Under the pieces are notes generated by a model that saw only the letters and a list, made by a program, of their open reading frames with translations, did no database searches and was not told the origin of the DNA. This document shows positions 49,075 to 64,000 of a stretch of 64,000 nucleotides of DNA, one piece after another (position 1 is the stretch's first letter; each line of letters begins with the position of its first letter). The stretch is from the human T2T-CHM13v2.0 reference genome, Homo sapiens. The DNA is taken from the NCBI RefSeq assembly GCF_009914755.1, contig NC_060929.1. The stretch is one strand, 5' to 3'. A program made the translations under genes and the position numbers.

Positions 49075-51063
49075 ATGACTGAATGTCTGGTAATTCCCCC
49101 TGCTTTGCTTGATTCCCATTCCTCTTACTAGGAAACCACTAATCTAATTAATATGGAAGTAGGGCAAACCTTTATTTTTCATTATCAAGTGGACATTGAA
49201 ACCCTGATGTCAAGTTTTTGTAACTAGCCCAGTGCTCCTACAGCATCTTCTTTTTAGGATTAAGATACTACCAGGGCCCCCGTTTAAGGAAACACATCCA
49301 GGAAGTTCTTCCCAATTCCATGCCTGATTGGGCAGTTTTTAATACTTTGCAAGTAGATCACTGTATTACTATGAATATAGTTAATCAGTTAGTATCCAAA
49401 AGCCCTGATAAAATGGAAGACAGCTTCAGCTAGTGTGCCTTGTCATAGTATTTCTTGTTCTGGGGGTCAGGGACCTTATTTTTGTGACTGGAGGTCTATG
49501 AAACATTCTAATGAAACTGGGATTCATACAATGGGGATTACTTGGTGAACAAGGATATCACTGAAGGACAATTTGAGGATCCAACCAGAGAGAATGTGGA
49601 AAGCCTTTTGGCATATCCAAACTAAACTATATCTACAGGTAACTTCTACCCATCTCACCTGAACTTGGAACACCCAACATTTTGGGTTGTCAACCTGTAC
49701 CCAAACTGCACTCCTGCTATAAATGCCCAATGGCAATAACATATTTGCTGTCTTATCAAACATGTCTTATCAACAACCCAAACATGTTTGATAACACAGC
49801 ACTGGCCAGCTAAGGTCAAAACAGCATTAGGTGCTATAGGGGCAGGACTTAGGATATTAGGACAAGTTGGGAATGTATTTAATAAAGAAATATATTGACA
49901 AGAAGAGTCAATACTTACCAATCTAAATAGAAGGAATACTCTTTCAGAAGGAATATAAGGGTTGGAAGCTGCATGGAAAGATAATGATGCTACTGCTAAG
50001 TGGGTAAATCAAACTGCTCAAGTAATGAGGAACTATGCCAAAACTCAGCAATGGGAAAAGGCATGTGTCCAAACTCAACAAGGTTTGCTGACCATGCTAA
50101 TTCAAATGGAAGCAGAGTACCTCTAAAACATGACCAACCATTTTGGATGCAGAAGCAGAAGGTATACATTTGTGGAAAAAATATAGACCCTCTTTTTTCT
50201 GAAAAATTACTACCAGGGTTAAGCACCCTGCATATACAGTATATGTGTGTGTATATATATATATATACACACACACACATATATGTGTGTGTGTGTGTAT
50301 GTGTGTGCGTGTGTGTGTGTGTGTGTATGTGTGTGTATAAAATACTTCAATTTCAGTTCTACATAGTAAAGACATTCAGGAAGAATGGTACTGTCCCCAA
50401 AATGTGTGGAATCCTGAAATCACGGACCCTAATTTCAACCCCCCTCCAAAATAATATATGCTATATAGGAAAAGGATGCTTCTGTTGGGAAGGGAAAAGG
50501 AATGAGACTATAACTGCTTCAGATCTTGCTTGCAATCAGATAATATTTGATTTAAATTAAACGGCTATTTGGTGTAATACTGGCTTCATAGGGAAGTTAC
50601 TTCTAGGAAAAAAATAACACTTATAATAATGAAGACATTGATAACCAAGTATTTTGGGAATTTGAACTCGATCCTTCTCAAGCTGTACTCCCAGCAGCAA
50701 AAGATTGTCCAAACCAGCGATGAGATATTATAAATGATCAGTTAATTACAGTTCTAAATGAAATCAAAGATATTTTGAGGTACAAATACAAAGAAAAAGG
50801 AAAAATTTATCTGATTATTCACAGACTACCAAAATGTATGCTCAGGTGATGTATGTTCCAACTATCAAAATGTATGTTCTTTTCTATAATATGTTGTTTC
50901 TTTTCTATTGTCTTTACCACAGTGGACCTCTCAGTTACTCACTGTATTATTGATTATTTTTCTAATGTCTCTATGTTACAAATGTTATAAATGCTGCAAA
51001 GGTTACTTACAAATGTCACAAAAGGAATACAACTCTAACCAAAATTGTAGTTCATCAATTTGA
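49075..51063 (+). pseudogene. ERV env-like glycoprotein gene, decayed
   Basis: Between IN and PPT; Gly/Ala-rich peptide ALGAIGAGLRILGQ (49824-49865); Cys-rich block CYIGKGCFCW with NGT/NET sequons; hydrophobic anchor LLTVLLIIFLMSLC (50935-50976) followed by Cys/Lys. Confidence 0.7.
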
Positions 51064-51574
51064 ACCCGAGGACACAGAATGCGTATAAAGGTGGTCTTCT
51101 AATGCCCATTTTGCCTCTTTCCTCTATTTCTGACTGACTGAGGGCTTTTCATTTTTATTTTTAATCTCAAATTCTCAAGAATTATTAAAAGTACATCACA
51201 TTGAATATTCTTCCACCCAGCTCCTCAAGGCATCTCAGCAATACTGCAGACAATGCAACACATCATCACATCTCAAGAGCGCCTAAAGAAATAATCCCAA
51301 TGCAGTGATTATCTCATTTCTCTGTGAAATGAAAAGACACCAGCATAGGATAAGAGCCTTTTCACATAATGAAAAGAAATACAGTAGCTTTTGCATTCTC
51401 ATTGACGTAGCAGAGGATGGTGTTTCACATAGGAATTAAAAAGAGAACAAGGGCATTTCAGAATTCCAATTTGATCCCCTAAATGCTATAATTCTAAAAA
51501 ATGAGACCTGTCCTCTTCAAATCTCTAAATTATTTTATATAGTCTTCAAAGTCCTCCCTTGGATGATATCAACC

Positions 51575-51587
51575 AAAAGGGAGAAAT
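51575..51587 (+). other. Polypurine tract before the 3' LTR
   Basis: AAAAGGGAGAAAT immediately before the LTR-homologous TTTCAGAAAAAGG. Confidence 0.7.
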
Positions 51588-51626
51588 TTTCAGAAAAAGG
51601 AATATCCAAATAAAATTGTAAAAGTG

Positions 51627-58106
<6,480 letters not shown>

Positions 58107-58234
58107 GACTTAAGTTTATGAGCTAAAGCAATAAAGCTATTCATTTCAAAATTTGAAAAACAAAATTTAAGTGACCCAAGATGTCTGCTGATTTGACATA
58201 CAGATAACAAAAACTTGGCCTATAAACTAAAGCT

Positions 58235-58719
58235 TGTTAACAAAAGACCACGAGATCTATGGAGAAAAAAGACAGCTTTATCTTCTTAAAAAAAATCAAT
58301 CTTCAGATTAGGGAGATGCAGCCTTCTGTAAAACAGAAGTGCACTCCCAAGCTGGGTGGCAGAGAGTTAGAAATTATAAAGGCAAACTGCAGTGCAAAGA
58401 ACTGTAGTCAGGGCAGTGAGGAACAGTCTTGATGGGAAAACTTAAACCCCAAATCACCAGCCTCTCTTAGTTGGCTGGTTCCAGGTGGTTGGTGGGTTGG
58501 CATCAGGTGGTCTTTAATGGTCAGTTGAAGAATTCCCAGCTGCAATTGTTTTTCAGGAACTATTCCTTGACTTGGTTGCAGAAAAACAAATTTTGCAATA
58601 CTTTCTAAGGACAGAGAGTGTGACTACACCCCTCACCCTGCCATGGACTCTTGGGTCTCCTTTTACTTTTGAGCCACAGGAAGTTTATCTTGTCTGTTAA
58701 CTGAGAGTATAATTTGGCA
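58235..58719 (-). mobile_element. Unassigned ERV1-type solo LTR inserted in the proviral 3' LTR
   Basis: TG...CA termini, 4-bp flanks AGCT/AGTT; host LTR homology stops and resumes at its ends; orientation inferred. Confidence 0.65.
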
Positions 58720-60159
58720 AGTTGGAACTCCCTGCTGCAGGGCTGGAGGCTGTCAAACATTTCATTGACACGTACTGATTACAACCTTGTCCATCAGATA
58801 AAACAGGATATAATCAATCATCTCCCTCCAGAGACTAGGACACCTATATGCTCATTAACCCTATATACAGTGGTAACTACATATTTGCTTTATCTTTTGT
58901 ATAAAGTCTCTGAACACCAATCAAAATAGAAAGAATGTCACCTTTGTTTCACTGCTCCCCTTCTCCTATTTTCTGTGTAATAGAACTGTGCCTTGTATAG
59001 CCCACTCGAGGACATATTCTCAGTTTGGGGTAAGTTTGTGTTTCCCAGGCTATTAATCCTTGAAATTGGCTTAGAATAAAATTAACTTAAAATTTCTTTA
59101 AGGTGTAATGTCTGTTATTTAACCTTTTAGTTGACACAATGTCCAATACACAATGTGAAATACACACACACACACAAACTAGAAATAAAGAATTATTTTT
59201 GACCAGTTTATATTTAGCACTACCAAATAGAATTCAAATTATTCATTTTAAGTGACTGTCATTTAGAAAACTCAATTTGATTCAGTTTTCACAAAACATA
59301 AAAGTGATAATAATGTTTGAGATTTCTGTATTTGAGAGATACAAATACAATTAAAATATGGTGCCTTTCCTTAGGAAATTAAATCTAGAGAAAAAGGACT
59401 GACCTATAAACTAACATTATCACATCTGAAGATCCTAAATTCCATGATAATGCTGGGGTGATTTTAGGAGAATTACTCAAGAAAAAAGTTTGATTAATAT
59501 CACATTCTGTAAAAGTATGACAAGAGCTAGAGAATAGACAAATATAAATTTAAATATGAATAAGACATATTTTACACATATCTGTCTCTTAACAGGGTTC
59601 CTTGTCTATTTTTGCCCCTTCATTCAAAGAATATAAATAACTTTATCCAATAAACAATATACCTAAAATTTGAAAGTAGCTAAAAATACAATTCTTTCTC
59701 TTCAAAACCATAAAAGAACATGAAGGCTTTTAATTGTTTTGTAATCTAACCAGCCTAAATCAATGTCATTTAGGTCATTCATGAAGGAGCGAAGGAATCA
59801 ATAGAGATGAAACAGTAATTAAAGAAATTATGAAAAAAAACCATAGGCTGAAGAAATATAAATTTTGTAATTAAAAGGACTAAGAAAAGCAAGCAAAAGT
59901 ATAGAGACTAAATGTAAATGACCAGTGAACATAAGAAATAATACTAAACTGAATAGAGGAAATGATTGATTTGTGGCTCACTAAACAAGACAGAATTGGT
60001 CATGAAGAACTGAACACTGAATGTCACTGTAAATATTCAAAAGACTGGCTGTAGAAAGTTAGGAAGCTTCTTGATATAAAATATCCGAATATCTTTATGA
60101 AAATACATTCTGCTGACAATTACATTAATACATTTTCTAAGGTGATACCTGATGAAAGC

Positions 60160-61314
60160 TGCAAACCAAAAATAAAATTCTAAGCCCGCTTCGACCCTAA
60201 CCATCTGAATGGACTCCTTCCTCTCAGCCAGGGCACTCCAGAGTTAACCTAAAAGACTGGTTCAGGCCATGATGGAAAGCAGGGGGTGGTCAGACATGCC
60301 TCATTATACCCTCCTCCCTTTTGGAATGCAGGGAAAGCTGGCCAGCATTTAACATCAACACAGACCTTAAGTCTGATAAGAAATATTTACAATCTATTCT
60401 CTCTGAAGCCTGCTACCTGGAGAATTCATCTACATGATAAAACTTTGGTCGCTATAACCTCTTATTATAAACCAGACATTCCTTTCTACTGATAATAACT
60501 CTTTCAACCAATTGCCAATCAGAAAATTTTTAAATCTACCTATGTCCTGGAACCCACCACTCCCAGCTTTGAGTTGTCCCACCTTTCTAGACCAAGCCAA
60601 TGTATATCTTAATTGTATTTGATTGGTGCCTCATGTCTCCCTAAAATGTATAAAACCAAGCTGTACCCTGACCACCTTGGGCACATATTCTTAGGGTCTC
60701 CTGAGGACTGTGTCATGGGCCATGGGTACTCGTATTTGGCTCAGAATACATTTCTTCAAATATTTTACAGCAGGGGGCCCCGATCTTTTTGGCACCAGAG
60801 ACCAGTTTGGTGGAAGAAAATTTTTCCACAGATGGGGTGGGAGAATTATTTTCAGATGATTCAAGTGCATTCCATTTACGATGCACTTTATTTCTATTAT
60901 TGTTACATTGTAAGTAATAATGAAATAATTATACAACTCCCCATAATGTAGAATCAGTGGGAGACCTAAGCTTGTTTTCCTGCAACCAGACAGTTCCATC
61001 TGGTGGCGATGGGAGACAGTGACAGATCATCAGTCATTAGATTCTCATAAGGAGCTCACAACCAAGATCTCTTGCATGCACAGTTCACAATAGAGTTTGC
61101 ACTCCTATGAGAATCTAATGCTGCTGCTGATCTGACAGGAGGTAGAGCTCAAGTGGTAATGTAAGCAAAGGGGAGTGGCTATAAATACAAATGAAACTTC
61201 ATTTGCTCACTCACCACTCACCTCTTGCTGTGGTTACTAACAGGCCACGGCATTAGTCTGTGGCCAGGGTTATGGGGATCCCTGTTTTACAGATTGTCAC
61301 TCTTTTTGCCAACT
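60160..61314 (+). mobile_element. MER4(B/D)-like solo LTR interrupted by MER1A
   Basis: TGCAAACCAAAAATAAAATTCTAAGCCC start; CCTAAAATGTATAAAACCAAGCTG; TTTGGCTCAGAATA. Confidence 0.82.
60771..61284. mobile_element. MER1A hAT-Charlie DNA transposon
   Basis: TIRs CAGGGGGCCCC / GGGGATCCCTG; perfect 8-bp TSD TTTTACAG. Confidence 0.88.
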
Positions 61315-62137
61315 AAACCTTAGTCCTAAACTTGAAGAAACAGTTCGGTACTGGTGCTGTGTTTTAGAAGAACATTAACCATGACTGAGGAAGAAAAGCT
61401 ACAGGTTTTAAGGACACTAAGCACTGGTTGGCTTTTTTGTGTGTGTAGCAATGGTACAGGATAAACTGGACAGTAATTACAAAAAGCCAATGCACACAGT
61501 GTATGAAGTATACAGCAATTTGTCTATCCATCACTAAGCAGACAATAAAGTAGGGATAATCAGAGTATTTCTAGACTAGTTGAAAGACCACTTTGTACCA
61601 GGGACATGAGGTCATTATAGGCAATCTGGACTAGAACAAAAACTGTAAAATTTATTCTTCTCAGACAACTGCCCTTTATATCCTCTCCTGGTCCTCTTGT
61701 AAAAAGTAACATTTTCAGTATTTGTTACCCCACCCCCCGCCACATACACACACACAATGTAACATCCGTGACAAAGACATATGGCCATGAAATTTTATAT
61801 TCTATTAATAAAAGTATAAAGTTTTCTTTAACTGTGGGCTAGCTGTAGTTAACAGAGGTCCAAGAATCCAAGATCTGAATGAGTTCAGTTTTAATGACGC
61901 CATTTACTCTGTTGCTAATACTTGGACCCATGCTGATTTGACATGATCCTTGAAAAAGTCATTTAAAAGGCCAACTATCAAAGTATTAACTCATTACTCA
62001 GTAATTCTGCTTCCATCCCATCATAAGTTGCTCAAATCCCATCTGACAACAAAGATAGCAAAACTGATGTGTCCTCTTGCCCAATGTCCTTAAGCAACCT
62101 AAGGTACGATTTAAGTCATTGTGTTTATATACAGGTC

Positions 62138-62511
62138 TGATATGATTTGGCTCTGTCCCCACCCAAATCTCATCTCGAATTGTAACCTCCATAATCCTCA
62201 CATGTTGAGAGAGGAACTTGGTGGGAGGTGACTGGATCATGGGGTGGTTTCTTCCATGCTGTTCTCATGATAATGAGGGAGTTATCAGGAGATGTGATGG
62301 TTTTATAAGGGGCTCTCCCCCTTTCACTCCTCACTCTTCTCTCTCCTGACACCATGTGAAGGTCCTTGCTTCCCCTTTGCTTTCTGCCACAACTGCATGT
62401 TTCCTGAGGCCTCCCCAGCTATGTGGAACTGTGAGTCAATTAAACCTCTTTCCTTTATAAATTACCCAGTCTCAGGTAGTATGTGTATAGCAGTGAGAAT
62501 GGACTAATACA
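62138..62511 (+). mobile_element. THE1D/MSTA-like MaLR solo LTR
   Basis: TGATATGATTTGGCTCTGTCCCCACCCAAATCTC ... GGACTAATACA; perfect 5-bp TSD AGGTC. Confidence 0.9.
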
Positions 62512-62931
62512 AGGTCTTTAACTTAGTTCAAATCTGTATGTGTTTAAAAGTATATTGAATATTTTTCTTAGAACTAAGAAGGATCTGAATATTTTTGGTC
62601 TTTAATTATCCAATTATTTCACTTGTCAGTTTATTTCTATATAAACTGTAATATTAAAATTATACATATTTGTCAAATTTAGTATAAATCTACATATATT
62701 TGTTTGCAAATATGTTTATGTATTTGATTATAGAATGCCGTGCTAGATAGACTTCATTGGGGATATTCTGTGTTATCATTTTAAAAATCAGAAAAAATCT
62801 GAATTCCAAAAGTCTACCTCCAAGGCTTTCAGATAGGTGATTAAGAACTGTATCCATACCAGGATTATTATGAAGTTTTCAAAACAGAATACATCTTAAG
62901 GCGAAAATATTAAATTGCAAAATTATATTGA

Positions 62932-64000
62932 TGAGAAGCATTTCTGGATAGCTGTTAATCTTATTTATGTTCTTTGTATGTGATGAGTGAGAAGCATTTC
63001 TGGATAGCTGTTAATCTTATTTATGTTCTTTGTATGTGATGAGTCATTATCTCTTGCTGCTTTCCAGATTTTCTCTTTGCAGTTAGCTTCCAGCATTTTT
63101 CCTATGAAACGTCTGAGAGTGGATTTCTTCTGTATTTATCCTAATTGGAGTTCACTGAGCTTCTTAGGTGTGAAGATTAATTTTTTTTTAGTGTTTGTGA
63201 AGTTTTTTGCCATTATCTCCTTGAATATTTTTTATACTCCTTTCTCTTTCTCTTCTCTTCTAACACTCCCATTACATGAAAGTTGGTGTGCTTAAGGGTT
63301 ACCATATTTCTCTAAGGGTTCTATTCATTTTTTTCATTTTGTTTCTTCTCTTTTCTTTGGATGCACTCAACTCTATTATTGTATCTTCAAGTACACTGAT
63401 TATTTAGCCTGCCAGCTCAAATCTATGATTGAGACCCTCTAATAAATTTCAACTCCAGAATTTCCATTTATTTCATGGAATATAGTTCATTTATATAGTT
63501 ATATGTCACTTAATGATGGAGATATGTTCTGAGAAATGAGTTGTAAGGCGATTTTGCCATTGTGCAAACATCAAAGAGTCTACTTACACAAACCTGGATA
63601 GTAGCACCTACTACACACCTAGGCTTTATGGTTTGCCATGATAGTCTTATGGGACCACTGTCATATATGCAATCATCTTTGACTGAAATACTATGAAGTA
63701 CATGACTGCGTGTGTGTATATACATATGTATATACATGTATATATGTATATATATGTGTATATATGTATATATGTGTATATATACACACACAGTCATGTG
63801 CTGCATATATATGTGCTGTATATATATATACACACACACACATATATAATTATGCATGTGTGTAAAATTTCAATCTTTTCTCTTTACTGACATTCTCCAT
63901 TTGAGACATTCTGTTCATATCTTCCTTTACCTCTTTAAACATGGTTTCATTTAGTTCTCTGGACGTATTTGTAATGGCTATTTCAAAGTCTTTAATAAAT
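62932..64000 (-). mobile_element. Old L1M ORF1-region fragment
   Basis: Antisense ORF1-like motifs (TCTCTTGCTGCTTTCCAGATTTTCTCTTTG, TTTCAACTCCAGAATTTC). Confidence 0.7.
63496..63708. mobile_element. Tigger3a-like DNA transposon, internally deleted
   Basis: GTTCTGAGAAATG...GGCGATTTT...ACTTACACAAACCT; ends CATGACTG. Confidence 0.75.

Noticed and set aside
50000-50560. 186-aa ORF as an intact protein
   Set aside because: Chimeric: an off-frame env portion plus microsatellite-encoded YI/CV runs; only the last third is true env frame

Overview
AT-rich, repeat-dense primate (human-like) genomic DNA; nothing here is prokaryotic. A minus-strand exon at 11793-11929, missed by the ORF track, encodes [41 protein letters not shown](R). 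I recognise this from memory as the N-terminus of TMEM232 (human 5q22.1), so the window is mostly TMEM232 introns. The rest is L1 (one full-length L1PA4-like, one near-full-length L1MA2-like, several truncated copies), Alu, MIR, MaLR/MER4-group LTRs, DNA-transposon fossils and a SNORA51 retrocopy. A decayed ~23-kb nested ERV1-type provirus (36029-59136) has both LTRs split by later insertions and retains a tRNA-Ser PBS, gag-pro-pol and an env whose layout does not look gamma-type. Other oddities: five short local templated duplications, a twin-primed L1, a 3' transduction, an end-less L1 fragment, and uORF / L1 antisense-promoter arrangements upstream of the TMEM232 start. Nearly all long ORFs in the track are L1, Alu or ERV debris. 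I found no intact novel coding system. Subfamily names are by eye and need RepeatMasker/Dfam confirmation.
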